Of a stretch of DNA of 64,000 bases, positions 51,133 through 63,621 are shown piece by piece. The DNA is taken from the NCBI GenBank assembly GCA_950097015.1, contig CATNEN010000038.1:12896001-12960000 (forward strand), in the 5' to 3' direction. The position numbers were made by a program, and so were the translations under genes. Each line of letters starts with the position of its first letter. Position 1 is the first letter of the stretch. This DNA comes from Macrostomum hystrix. Taxonomy: Eukaryota; Animalia; Platyhelminthes. The notes under the pieces are model-generated. The model did not search any database and was not told the origin of the DNA. It saw only the letters and a list, made by a program, of their open reading frames with translations.

Positions 51133-54024
51133 TCAGTCCACTCGCTCCACCTTGCCAACCACCTTGCCCTCCCACAGAGGCAGCACGTCCGCATCGTTGG
51201 TAACCTCCTCAAAGACGGCTCCGCCAGCTGAGAATTCGTCTGAGCGCTTCTTGAAAAAGTAGCGATAAAGGCCACGCTTGGGTAGCAGCCGCTTAAACTG
51301 GCCCAGGCTGATCTCCGATTGCGGCCAGTCATGCCTAAACGGGACGGAGTCGCCGCAGAAGAAATACCCAACAGTAAGCTGCGGCTGAGGCTGCGGTGGC
51401 TGCTCGGACTGACATGCCGGCGCAATCTGACACAGTAGTTTATTAGTACTATGAGGTAAAAGAGGCCATACAACTGACAGATTGAATGATATGAGATGCC
51501 TGAGGACAAACTGAGAATCTGGGAGGATGAGAGTCTGCTCAAACTAATGATCTGGGAGGATGAAAATGTGCTCAAAGTGATGATCTGGGAGGACAAGAGT
51601 CTGCTCAAACTGATGATCTGGGAGTATGTGGGGCCTGCTCAAACCGAGGATCTGGGAGGATAAGTGCATGCTTAAACTGAGGATCTGGGAGGCTAGGTAT
51701 AACAGTTATGAAGCAAGCTTCGTACCAACTGCAGCCGGCGTCGAGCTCCTTCAATAACGTTGTCAGTATGCGGCCGCTCTAGTACCGACATGTTTAAATC
51801 AGACGCCAGTGGTTGTCTAGGCAACGACATACCACCAGCTTGAGACGATGCGTGGAGAGCCACGCACTCGTGCAGATGCTGCCCACGGCCAGGTACAGTC
51901 GCAGGCGTCGTAGTGGAGGAGGTGGCGGTGGCAGAGGCTGCTGGGGCGGCATCTCCGAAGAAAAATCGCGACCTACTAGACACAGTGCCATCAAAGCCAG
52001 AGTCCACAGTGGAAGGCGGAGCGGCAGCAGCCGCTACCGGGACTGTGGCAAGATTGGCAGCAACTGATACAGAGGCAGTCGAAGCTGAGAATGAGGAGTT
52101 TCCTGCCGCCGAAATGCCAGCAGCTGCTGAGCCTCCGCTGCGTTTGCCCCCGGAGCCGACACCTCCGCTGCTGCCGCTGCGTCCGCGGCCACCGCTGCGA
52201 CCAGCGCCGCGAGGCATAATATGATGATGATGATGGTGATGGTAGACCAGCAGGTTGGGATCCGACATGGAGTGGGGAGCACTGGCGCGCTGGTCCAAGA
52301 CCTCGTGAACGTGTCTGGATGGCGAAAAAGAAACGGGCAGTTTGTGGCTGTGTAAGTCGGAAGGACAAAGCTTTTGTGAAGTACGAAGGTCAGAAGCTCG
52401 CGTCTGTAGCTGGATCGCATTCATCTGATAGATACGCAGCTGCCGACCCTACTTACCTGTCCAATATCTGCTCCGGTGTGTCAGCAGAACTGCTCAGCAG
52501 TACCCGACCAATGATCCGCCGAGCCCATGGTTCTTTGAGTAGATCGCGCGCTGGCGCTGCGGCCGAAATTGACGAAGCACCAGCCGAAACTGTAGAAGAT
52601 TGTGGCTGCAGCTGCTGTCCTGGCGATAACTGCAGATGCTGCTGCTGCGGCTGCCCGGAAGCCGGCGGAGTTGCCACTGACTCCCCGGCAGTGCAAGTGT
52701 CACCCTGCGCCTGCAGCAGCGCCACTTGCTGGAGCTTATCGGCCAGCAGTCGGGCAAATGCCGGCGGATTCGACGCGGCGTCGCAGGACGCCGCAGCCAT
52801 TGACGATGACTGCGGGGGCGGTGGGGCAGCTGTAGCAGCTGCTGCTGCTGCCGCTGCTGCGGCGGTCCGTCGTCTGTGTCGGCTGGCAACAGCAGCTCTT
52901 GCTGCCTCCAAGCTGCCGCTGCCTGTGTCCGTCAGCAGTGACTGCGTGTCCGACGTGGTGGTTGTTGGCGCTTCCGAAGACAGCGAGGCCGTCTGGGGCA
53001 GCGAGTCGGGCAGCGACGCGGCGGAGAGCGAGCTGCCAACGTAGTAGGGCAGGGCAAGGCCCGCTCGGCCAAGACTGCGGCGGCGACAGAGGTGGAGAAA
53101 ATATATTTAGCATGTGAATCTCGGAGAGAGGAGGATAATTAATATTGGATAGCGCTAAAGACTTTTTGCTCCGATGTCATCCTCACCCAGCGCAGTCAGC
53201 AGCTCCGCGTTCTCGCACGGTGGCCATCAGGTTGCGGCTGGTCAGGTCAAGGGAGCCACCTCCGCCACCATGGCAGGAGCGGGACCGGGGCACCGAACTT
53301 GCACGAGCAGTACGCGAGCCGCTTGTTGTACCACCACCACTGACGCCCATCGATTCGGCGGCAGCCGCGGCACTTGAGGTCGCCAGTTCGAATCCGGAGC
53401 CGCGCTCGCCCCACCAACGGGCAAAGCTAGGATAGACTCTGTGAGCCAAAAACTGCTCCACCTCCTGGACGGCGCAGTCGAAGACGCCGACATCGCAATC
53501 GTCGCCGGCCTGGAGACGCTCGTGAATGCTCTGGCGAGACGCGGCGCTGATTGGCAGGTACTCCTCGCGGCGAATGTAGCGCCTGTCTATGGCCAGGACC
53601 ACTCTGCGGCACCTAGGCGGGATTTTAATGGAATGTAAATTCAGTGGCTCAGCCGCATCAAAATGCTGTAGTTTCCTGGGACTGGGATTGACCGAAGCAA
53701 AAGTCAATTCAGATTTCATTCCTTATATTTTCCCAAATGGATAAATCAATCGGTGATTTTAGTAGTCGATCTGCATCGAATTCGCTAATCCAAACGGGCT
53801 CCATCACTCAGTGCTCACCTCCTGTCGCTGTATCCCTGCTTCTGCTTGGCCCGAAGGCCGCGGACTGCAAAGTAGAAATCAAAGGCGCGAGCCTGCCTAG
53901 GCCAGGCGAGCTCCATAAACTGCTTCAATAGCTGGACACCCTCTGGATCATCCAGCAGGCTTTGCAGGCCGCCATCCAGCCAGCGACAATCGCCGAAGCC
54001 GCCGCCAGAGGGTGCATTGGTCAT
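51133..54024 (-). CDS. AXIN: Axin (Wnt/beta-catenin destruction-complex scaffold)
   Basis: RGS domain (LQSLLDDPEGVQLLKQF..FDFYFAVRG | AIDRRYI..VEQFLAHRVYPSF; exons 53818-54024 and 53188-53613), GSK3-binding PPAFARLLADKLQQV, beta-catenin-binding PEQILDR|HVHEV, GARRRL motif, and a terminal DIX exon 51133-51426 (LTVGYFFCGDSVPF..LGQFKRLLPKRGLYRYFFK..VLPLWEGKVVGKVERVD*) read manually. Confidence 0.93.
51505..51692. repeat. 30-bp tandem repeat in the last Axin intron
   Basis: Unit ctcaaactgatgatctgggagga...; related to the 31-bp repeat at 1436-1633. Confidence 0.85.
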
Positions 54025-57000
54025 GGCGGCGGCTGCTGCGGCTGCTGCAGACTCGAGGCTGAGCTACTGCTTTTGTTTAACTGCAATATAAAAGTATTCA
54101 TATTCAACGATTCCATTATTTTTTCAACGGAAAAATTATTTGTAGGCAAAAGATTGTTACCACTAACTTATCGAGTTTCTTCTATTTCAATCATTCATAA
54201 CATTATAAGTACTTCATTTGTTATATTTTGACACAAAAGCCCAAATTAAAATTGCAAGATCTTTTTATTTAACTACTAACAGACCAAGTGGAATCTTTAA
54301 CTCAAACAGTTTTTTATTTTAAATCCTATATGGTCATTCTTTTTTCTATATATATATCAAAAAGCATATAGCATATAGCAATCATTAACAAATATTCTTC
54401 TATTCTTAAAGTCACAAAAAACCCAGCTTGTACTAGGAATTGGTATAGGCTAGCCGAGCTGTAGACAAGCTATTTTAAGATATAAGCTAACTGTAGCCCA
54501 CACTGCAGACCATGTATGGTACAATAGAAATTTCCATCATACAAGGTCCCTGCCTATCATACATGTCATATGAATTTTGGGCAATGGGGCACATTGTCGT
54601 GCACCTGTCGTATAGACTGCCCTTGGAGTTGTTACGCCCTGTTGGCCATTGTACACTTTTTGTTGTATGTGACAACATCATTAGTTTGCTAGTCATTGAA
54701 CTAGAACACCAAAAGAAAACATGTAGGCTATATTTCACTGCATAAAAATATGTGAAGTGTGCAAAACTATTGTGATAAAAAAAGATAATAAATTAATCTG
54801 TTAAATTTCTGCCATGTTAGGTTGTGGTTTAAGGACTAATGTTAATACATTTTTTGACTTCCTAGTATTCAAATTTGTGTTAGTCAAACTACACTTGGTG
54901 ATATTGATACTTGCATGTTTGCTTGTCACTTTATTAACTTAAATCTACCTGTTGGGTGTTGTCCTCTCTACTCCTCTTCTCATCTAATCTATGAGTCTAC
55001 ATCTCTAATAAACATTGTTATATTAGGCTAGACCTTTTGCTATAAAACTCTTATCCTCATGTAGGAATACTGTCGTACATATACAAATATGTTTAAGTCT
55101 AAGATAATTTTGATTACTGTTGTACCATTGTACAACAGAATCCTCAAACTTAGTCTATTGTCATACTGTCATACATTGGGCAAAATTTCAAAATTTCTAT
55201 TGTTGTACATCAAACATGGTCTACACTGCACTAGGCCTATGGACAGTAGCATGGTCAATACAATACTGCCTATGACATTTGAAGCATATGCCATAAGCAT
55301 ATGCCATATAGATATCACTATTGGAATTTAAAACTATTTCCAGTTATAAATTAAAATTAGGCATAAGATAGGCCTAGGCTACAATTAATAAAAACTAAGC
55401 TCTAAGTCTAAATATTATTGACTTGCTAGCAATCTAGCATAGGCTACCAGAAGTCATTAGTCACTACCCACTAGGCCATTAGTCACTCTTGTCTATTGAC
55501 TATTATTAGCTTATAAACATCTTAATCTGCCTAGACGCAAATTGCAATAACACTCTATTACACTCCACTCTATTACACTCATGTGGCAAATATAGGCCTA
55601 TACATTAGGCCCTAATGATTCGAAAAAGTAGAAACCAGTAAATTCGCTATCCTTGTAACACAGTTAGGCCTACTGTCATTGTGTAGTCGACGTCCTGATA
55701 GAAGGATTTATATTTCTTACTCACAGTATGTAATAAAAAAGTTAAAACAAAAAATAAAGTACAAGTAGGTGGTGGAAGTCAATTGGTGGTCTAATCGCTC
55801 GTTCGGGGTTAAGCTAGGGCTAGCCGACGGGCCTACATTACTTTGGAGAAGGTCCTTTGACCTTGTTTTTATGAATTTAATTTACATCGAAAATAATCAC
55901 ATTCTATGTTGATTTTTTTATAGACGAAAATACAATCAGCTTGGCCTTCTTTATTAATTCGTTAAATGCTTTTATAAATAAATAGGCGAGACTAGAATAT
56001 TTGTGTTTCATGGATAAGTAAACATTTAAAACACTTAAAATTTTCTCAATTGCAAATCCAAGTAAAACAAACGACAACTGACATTATTACTGTTTTTGAC
56101 GGTTTCTTTGCATACTTCACATGGTCACTTTTTTCGATGTTCATAAATTTGCGCAGTCTTGGAATGATTTGTAAATTTATATTTAAGACTTTACGGGACG
56201 CCGTGTCTATTTCTAGACAGATAAATATACACAACAACAAAAAACGAAAAAAAAGAGTACAATGTGTCTTTTGATAGATATACTACTGACCAATAGAAGA
56301 AAAAGGACGGGAAACTACGTTTCTTCGAGAAAAAAATTGGAGGTTTTCGCCGGAAGGCTGGACTTCTGGGAGACTGCATGGAGCAACATACAGTGATCCG
56401 AAAATATGATGCCCGATGGTGAAAATTTGTGGCAGCTAGCCAGGATCGTCCAAATCGATTGCCACCGCTTAGTCTACACGGGATCGCTGCAGAACATCTC
56501 GAACCCGACTCGGCGGAAGGAAAGCTTGTGGCGAGCTGGGCAACTCCAGCACAGACGGCGGATTTAATGGAAGCGGCAGAGGCGATGTTTCTAAAGCTGG
56601 CGTAGGCGGAGCAGCTGTCAGAAAGTCTGGCCGGATTGTTGGCGGTAGCGGCTGCGTCGGCTTCTCACGAGGCAACTGTGGTGAGTGTGCAGTGACTAAG
56701 TATGCAGCTACACCTAAGCACTTATAGCAGCGGTTGACAGTAAAAAAGCCAGTGTAATACATTGTAATTGTAAATCCACGACTTAGAAGTTAGAAACCAT
56801 GCACATAAAGTTTAGTCCGAATCGCTTCTAATGAAAAAGAAAGTTAACTTTTCATTGTCTCCAATTTTTCAGTTCAAAACGAACAAAAGTAGCATTCAGC
56901 CTTCCAGTCGCGCTGTAACACAGTTCATGGCACAATAAATGTTCAGATAGGTATAGGTAGCTACATTAAGCTCAACTGTTGATTTGGCCAGCAGGATCTG

Positions 57001-58469
57001 ATCTCGTTCAATGACTTCGGAAATTAGTTTACAGCACCTTATAGCTGTACCATCAATCAGCTGTTATAAGGTAGAACTATGCAAGAATTTTCTACAAACG
57101 GAATTACTGCTTTGAGCTGATCAATGAAACTTTCAGATACTTCGCAAAGTTTATTGACTGTGAGCCTATTTTTCTGTCTCAAAACTGTGTTTGAGCATTC
57201 TTAAAATGCATGGCCGGCTGCTCAAATGCTGGAAAGTATTCTTTGGCCTTATATTTTCATGTCAATTAATAAGTAGCTAAAACTCGGGATTTTTGGCTGT
57301 GCTGTTTTCAAAGTAATCTCGGCTAATAATCCTCTTCATTGCCTCTGTATAGTGCTGTCACATAAGCCTACTTATTATTACGATCGTAATAAGCCTACTT
57401 ACTAGTAATCTGTGCTTTACTACATGCTCCCCGTGTTGCTTACCCTTTTATCTTTATCGCACACGCTCTTGTGATAGGCTGCGCTACGGCATTCATTCCT
57501 TCCCCACGCACCGCCGTCGACCTGACTAGCCCTCCTGTGCTGATGCATTCTCACTGTCGGAGACTGCCATGATTGCTCATGCAGTGCCTTGGCTTTTGAC
57601 TCCATGACCTTTAGGAGCCTGTGATGTGCTTTAGGATAAGAATTCCAGGGTTGATGCCAAGGTTTTGAAAGTGTGCTGACTTTCTGGGTCGACTTTACTC
57701 GTGGGCCGACGGCGAGCGACAACAACAACAAACTCAAGCTTCAACCATCGCATCTCTGGGCCGCATCTATCGCCACAATCAAGAAAAAGCAAACAAATGA
57801 GCATTATGAAGCCAAGAGTATACCCGCGTCGAGATGCCAGTGAGCTGATCAGCTTGCCGGATGACATCCTGACCGAAGATAGGTTTATCCAGGCAGAATA
57901 ATGAAATGTGCGACTTACTTAGAGAGGCAGATATAACTTTCCCTTTTTTCTCTAAATCCTGTGCTCATGTTTAGTTTACAAAGACTTAGTCTGAGTCTTT
58001 GATAATGTGTTTTTACGAGCGTTTTATGGGGCTTTTCACGGTGTTGGTAAGCACACGCTGCGGACTGGACAAAGCCCCGGAGCAACTCTCTCGTGACAAA
58101 TAGGCTCCATGCCTCTTCAATTCTCTCTCCCGATACGAACTCAGGACCGCGAGATGTACGAGAGTCGACCAAAGCACTCTCATGTACATCGTGGCCGCTC
58201 AGAAACGACAATTTTGAATCCTGCATAAAATTTTAATGTAGAAAGTAACACTAGCATTCAATAATTCGTGTTTTTGCTCATGTCTGTCCGTGCTTCAGCC
58301 CTACTCTCTGTTCTAAGCACATCAGGTCAGGGCCTTCTCTGTTCGACCCTCAGTTCTCATTGGCCAGCGGTTGACTCATTGTGGGCCTATATACATGAGA
58401 TTCTATCGTTAGCAGTTATTTCAGCTCATGCGGCTAATGCGGAATCGAATCCCAAGGCACTGAGCAGTC

Positions 58470-58731
58470 ATGACGGTCTCCTACAGTGAGACCATCTCCA
58501 GCAGTCAGGGCGGAGTCTTCATCAAGATTCTGGGCCTGTGGAAGGGCAGCCTGTACAAGCTTGTCTACACGGACCTACTGGCCTACCTGTTCATGTACTA
58601 CGTCTTCAATCTGTGCTACCGGTTGCTCATGGGCCCAGCCGCCAGGCAGAATTTCGAACTGGTGGTGAAGTTCTGCAACGAGATGGACAAAACGATCCCA
58701 CTGTCATTTATTCTCGGCTTCTTTGTGGCAG
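58470..58731 (+). CDS. BEST: Bestrophin chloride channel, first coding exon (gene presumably continues beyond the window)
   Basis: MTVSYS...FIKILGLWKGSLYKLVY...YRLLM...IPLSFILGFFV, followed by the donor gcag|gtgagc. Confidence 0.9.
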
Positions 58732-60464
58732 GTGAGCTGCGGGGTTTAAGAAGGGGATCTTGCAACTCGCAATGGGAAGTTTTGGGCCGAACTAATTTTA
58801 GTAAACTTGACTAATATTAAAAAAATATATAAAACAAAATAGTGCCTCGATTAGCCAAAGTAGGGAAAGTCTGGGCGTGAAATCTGGTCAACACTAAGGA
58901 GAGTCGGAATAAAAGACTATTCTGCATTGCGTGTCGGCATTTTCTGAAAGTATACTGGATGCGTGATAGAGCACTAGATAAATTCAATCCTGAGCTTGCA
59001 TTTCGTGATTCCCGCGTATATAGCTTAGTCGCGCACTTGAAATCGGGCTGCCCCAGAATCTCTTGATTGACATCGTAATGGAACATGTAAGAGCGAGAGA
59101 AAGAGGTGAGAGACGTGTGTTCTAAGCTTGAAATCCTAAAATAACCCTCCGCAGGATGGTGAATGCTCAAGAAAAGTATATTCTGGAATTAAAAACTCTC
59201 GAACTCTGTATATACCAGCTCAAACTAAGACCTCAGTAGAGTTGGCTGTTGAACACTTCCGTACACTTCAATGCATCAAAGTATCATTAGATACTTTGAA
59301 AGAACTGTTTTCAGTCTAGAGTCTAAAAGACTAAGAAAGTGTTGCTTGCCAACAGTTTTGTATTAGAGAATGTATTTCTCTCGAAGCAATGTGTTTGTTG
59401 GTGTGCAAGCAATGAGGGACCATGCTGATGAAGCCAGCGATAAGGGGTCGTGTGTGACAGCTGCTCAGCGGCTTCCGAAGTGTCAGATTGCTAGTAATTT
59501 GACTGAACGAAAGGAATGCAAGGTGAGAAAGTGGAGAACAGGGAAGAAGCAAAGTGGTGATTAGTAGCGGAGTTAATTGTGCGTGTGTTGAGTCCCTCCT
59601 GACGCCCACCGATTTTGTGCCACTGAGTTGCTCAATTTACACCGCAACTCAGCCCGGCCAGTAATTGTGCTCATACCTGTTTGGACTCCGATGTTGCGAG
59701 CGAAGAACAAAAACTTTGCATTCTGTCCGATACAAACTGTCCAAACTGACTCAACTGACTCAATTAAAGTCTTTCAAATTTTAATTTTGAATTTTAAAGA
59801 CATTTGGATGCTCAGATTGGGTAGAGCTGATCCTGAGTATGATGCTCAGGTCAAGTATGTGTCAGTTTTGAGCACAATTTCATGTTGAACTGGTCTTTAT
59901 TATGACTGTCAAATTGAGTCATCAGTCGTCAGTTTTAAGAGCATTTAGAGTTCCGTCAGCCTTAATGGCTTTAGGTGGAGAAAATCACCAAAGAGGATTC
60001 TGACGCAGTAGTATGCAAGAGGGGGCTTCTAGGACAAAAATAATCGCAGCCTCCATTATCCACAAACCATTACTTTTATTATTCCCGAAGAGATCAGGAA
60101 AAAAAGGGTCCCCGCCTCTCTCTAAAAAACTCCGTCTCCATATTCTAAATTCTCTACTTTTAATATCCCACATCAGTTTGTAAGTTGAATATCTAGGACA
60201 AAAATTATCGCAGCCTCCTTAATGCACAAACCATTACCTTTCCTGAAGGAACAAGGTTCCCCCGCCAAAAAAAATACTTTCCAGTTTCTGAACTTGGACA
60301 AAAAAAATTATCGCAGCCACTCCCTAAGAGATCATGCACAAAATAGTGAACCTGTAAAAAGCGTGCCAAGACAATCAAATTAGCACTAAAATCCCATTCC
60401 CAAAACTCAAGACCCCAAACCTTGGGTGCTCATCCTCCGAAAAAAAATTATATTCTCATTAAAA

Positions 60465-60701
60465 ATGCTCCCAATCGTCTCTCAAGGATCTTATTACACA
60501 AGGCATGAGCCTAATTACAAGAGTAAGTACCAATGCAAACAAGAATGCAGCGAGTACATGAAGAAATATTGTCCCAACGTCGATATCAATGTCCCTAATA
60601 TTAATCAAGCTCTCCAAAGTCACTGGTTTCATAAGTATGGAGCAATTATAAAGGACTACGACAGCTACTATAACTTTGCAGAAATCATTAAGCAATTGTA
60701 A
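60465..60701 (+). CDS. Small hypothetical protein of the Polinton-like element
   Basis: ATG in a taaaaATG context like the other element genes; 78-aa Tyr/Cys-rich ORF with no family recognised. Confidence 0.4.
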   Translation: MLPIVSQGSYYTRHEPNYKSKYQCKQECSEYMKKYCPNVDINVPNINQALQSHWFHKYGAIIKDYDSYYNFAEIIKQL

Positions 60702-60954
60702 GTTTTTTTTCGACTAACGATCGATTCTCTGTGGAGTACTCACAACTCCTAGTTTGAGTTTTGGTTGGTGCTCTCGGGAAAGGAATTTAGAGTGAACGAG
60801 ACACATTTCTCTCCTCTCCGTTCTCAACCCAAAGAAAAAGAAGTTCCTTGTTGGAGTTTTATGGTCGGCCTTATAAAAAGAGCATGTTACGTGATTCACC
60901 CAGAGCACGCAGGAACTTCTTATTTTTTTAACTGCCTAATCTCTGGAACTTGCA

Positions 60955-61605
60955 ATGGATGTTGAAATGCCAGCAGGCGACATCGTTTACATCGAAAATC
61001 TGGAGAAATTCATCAAGGCAGTTTTTTCTAGTAAAGATCTTGACAATTGGAATGTTTGGGTCGATAAATATAATGCAATTGCTCGGACACCCATCGCGAA
61101 ACCAACTATAATCAATCGGCTAGCTAAAACTGCCGACAAGCAATCGCAAATCAACAAGACTCTGGACGAGTTGCGCAAGGCCTACAAGGTCAACGGTGAG
61201 CATGTGCCTGAGCATTCTCCACAAGAATTTGCGCAGGGCACATTCCAGATCGAAGCGGTGCTTACACAGATCGCCAACCTTAATAAACTAGTTGAACGGC
61301 GTGGTAAGCAAGGCTTTGCAAACGGCCTACAGCTCGGCAGGATCTTTCTGCGAATGGAGCGGGTTCTCTCTAAGGAACAGTTCAACGAGTTGAAAAGACG
61401 TGCGCCGTTCACCAGCCAGTGGACCAACTTTCTGATGAAATTGGCTGACCAGGCTGAGAAATATCCGGTGCTACTAAGATCTGCAATGTCCCTACACAAG
61501 CTGAAGTCGATGATAGCATACCTGCCAGAGGCCCTGGTGAAGCTGCAACAGGAAGTGGACGAAGACGAAGACTTAATTGACTTAATTGACTTACAACATA
61601 ATTGA
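60955..61605 (+). CDS. Hypothetical 216-aa helical protein of the Polinton-like element
   Basis: Uninterrupted ATG-started ORF with protein-like composition and an acidic tail; no family recognised. Confidence 0.7.
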   Translation: MDVEMPAGDIVYIENLEKFIKAVFSSKDLDNWNVWVDKYNAIARTPIAKPTIINRLAKTADKQSQINKTLDELRKAYKVNGEHVPEHSPQEFAQGTFQIEAVLTQIANLNKLVERRGKQGFANGLQLGRIFLRMERVLSKEQFNELKRRAPFTSQWTNFLMKLADQAEKYPVLLRSAMSLHKLKSMIAYLPEALVKLQQEVDEDEDLIDLIDLQHN

Positions 61606-61608
61606 CAC

Positions 61609-61875
61609 CCACCTCAAATTTCGAAACCACTGGTTTCATTTTCTAGGGTGGTTGTTTCACATGTATGCCATTTTGATTGCCCACCTCAAAATTTGAAACC
61701 AACGGTTTCATTTTCTGAGGTGGTTGTTGGAACAGTACAGGATTCAATTTACCCACCTCAAAATTTGAAACCAACGGTTTCATTTTCTGAGGTGGTTGTT
61801 GGAACAGTGCAGGATTCAATTCACCCACCTCAAAATTTGAAACCAACGGTTTCATTTTCAGAGGTGGTAGTTTGA
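61609..61875. repeat. 72-bp tandem repeat (~4 copies) within the element, between convergent ORFs
   Basis: ccacctcaaa recurs at 61609, 61681, 61753 and 61825. Confidence 0.92.
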
Positions 61876-62144
61876 CTAAAATAGAAAATGAGCTCGGTAG
61901 AGCGTAGAATAAAACGGAGTGGCTAGGAGTTGTTCTGCGTGGTGAGTGAAAAAGCAAATTTGGGGGAGAAAAAGCGGGCCGCTTACCCGGAAACCAGCTG
62001 TTTCTGTTGCGGCTGTTTTGTATTGTTGCATAGGATTAGTTAAAAACACATACGAAAGGTCTTCTGCTGCAAGGCTGTGTTGTTACCCAGAATTTTGAGG
62101 TCGCTGTATAGGATTAGCCATGTCGCTTATCTTGCTTGCTTGAA

Positions 62145-62588
62145 TCATTCTGCTCTCTCAACCCCCAGCTCTTTCAGCAGTCTTCCCAGTTCTTTACTTG
62201 GAGCATGCAATACAAAGCCCACCCCACCAATCCCCAACCCCAACTTTGTCTTACCAAAAATAACAGCTTTAACTAGCTTCCGAGCGATCGATTCCCTCCA
62301 CCCGCTTGAAGCCGCCATATTGTCTAGCATTCTGAGCATTTCTTTGTCCCAGCGAGTCTTCTCCTCTGGAAAATCCCTATACTTAATATCATGCCACATA
62401 CAGACAGAGTCTAGCTCGTTCACTGGCTCATGCCCAGGATTTGGATTATTGTTTTTATCTAGCTGTATTTCAAGCGGATTCAAAGGCCCGCAATATTTGT
62501 AGCCGGGAATTGTCCAGCCTTTGTTTGGATGAGGAAGCTTTTCTACCAGTCCATGTGAGTCTAAGTTTCCACCAAAGCGTTGCATCAT
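62145..62588 (-). CDS. Parvovirus VP1u-type phospholipase A2 domain protein
   Basis: Ca2+-loop motif IPGYKYCGP, PVNELD, catalytic HDIKY and downstream D (RWDKEML). Confidence 0.88.
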   Translation of the reverse strand: MMQRFGGNLDSHGLVEKLPHPNKGWTIPGYKYCGPLNPLEIQLDKNNNPNPGHEPVNELDSVCMWHDIKYRDFPEEKTRWDKEMLRMLDNMAASSGWRESIARKLVKAVIFGKTKLGLGIGGVGFVLHAPSKELGRLLKELGVERAE

Positions 62589-62614
62589 TTTTATAAAAAA
62601 TTAAATAAAAAATA

Positions 62615-63604
62615 ATGACAGATCAGAAACTTCAAAAGCCCTACTACAGCGACAAAGGATTCTTTGTAGGAAAAAATGCAGTCACCAAACTCGCAGAACT
62701 AAGCAATGAATCAAAACAAACAGTTGAAAGATGGCTCTCTAAGCAAGCAGTTTACCAAGTCTATTTCCCACCTGTTAAATTTGCAAGACCTCACTTTAAC
62801 ATCTATAAACCTAATGAAGCGCACCAAGCAGATCTTCTGTTTCTCCCCAACGACTCAGGCTACAAGTATGCTCTCACAGTTATAGACATTGCCTCCAGAT
62901 ATAAGGAAGCGAGACCGCTTAAGACTAAGAAGTCAGAAGCAGTTGCAGCTGCCCTCCAATACATTTACAAAAACTCACCGCTCACATACCCCCAAACCTT
63001 TATGACTGATCCTGGCAAAGAATTCATGGGAGCAGTCAAATCCCTTATGGAAAAGAACAATACGAAAATGCGCTATGGAAGAACTGAGCTCCATAGAGAC
63101 CAGGCTTTTGTTGAAAGATTCAATCTAACTCTAGCAAAGAGACTTTTCACAAAGCAGACAGCTGAAGAGCTGAAACTAAAAAGTGGCCAATACTATACCA
63201 AGTGGACAGAAAGACTCCCCGCAGTAATAAGTCAACTGAACAATGAAGTATCTCGAATGACAAACCTGAAACCAAATACTGCCATCAAACAAGACACAGT
63301 TGAATCAAAACATCCGATCGCCAATTTCAACTATCCAAAGCTCCCTGGCGTTTATTCTCCGGAAATTCTTACTAACTCTGAATTCGTTCGCTTCCTTTAC
63401 TTACCAGGAGAGCTGGAGAAGGACACAAAGAGAAGAGCAACAGACCCATACTTTAGTCTTGATGTACATAAGATAAACAGGCATTTCACATCAGCATCCG
63501 GCGATTACTATTTTCTATCCCAAGACTTTAATTCAAAAGCCCCCACACGATCATTCACAAGGGCTGAGCTTCTAGTGATTCCACATGACACAGAAATAAA
63601 TTAA
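62615..63604 (+). CDS. Retroviral-like (rve) DDE integrase of Polinton/Maverick type
   Basis: HQADL (D), YKYALTVIDIASRY, FMTDPGKEF (D), QAFVERFNLTL (E); intact 329-aa ORF with no adjacent RT or RNase H. Confidence 0.92.
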   Translation: MTDQKLQKPYYSDKGFFVGKNAVTKLAELSNESKQTVERWLSKQAVYQVYFPPVKFARPHFNIYKPNEAHQADLLFLPNDSGYKYALTVIDIASRYKEARPLKTKKSEAVAAALQYIYKNSPLTYPQTFMTDPGKEFMGAVKSLMEKNNTKMRYGRTELHRDQAFVERFNLTLAKRLFTKQTAEELKLKSGQYYTKWTERLPAVISQLNNEVSRMTNLKPNTAIKQDTVESKHPIANFNYPKLPGVYSPEILTNSEFVRFLYLPGELEKDTKRRATDPYFSLDVHKINRHFTSASGDYYFLSQDFNSKAPTRSFTRAELLVIPHDTEIN

Positions 63605-63621
63605 ATTTTTTTTTAAATAAA

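Noticed and set aside
51813-53638. Plus-strand ORFs overlapping Axin (and similar antisense ORFs over GFM2, the GPCR, SLC13 and ERAL1)
   Set aside because: Shadow ORFs of GC-rich coding exons on the opposite strand.
56400-56770. Gag/ORF1 zinc-knuckle remnant (RCYKCLG)
   Set aside because: Only a CxxC half-motif without the His/Cys; too weak to call.
59599-60006. Separate element bounded by the 7-bp direct repeat ctgacgc
   Set aside because: No clear TIRs directly inside the repeats; it could be chance, and the second copy overlaps the predicted Polinton TSD.
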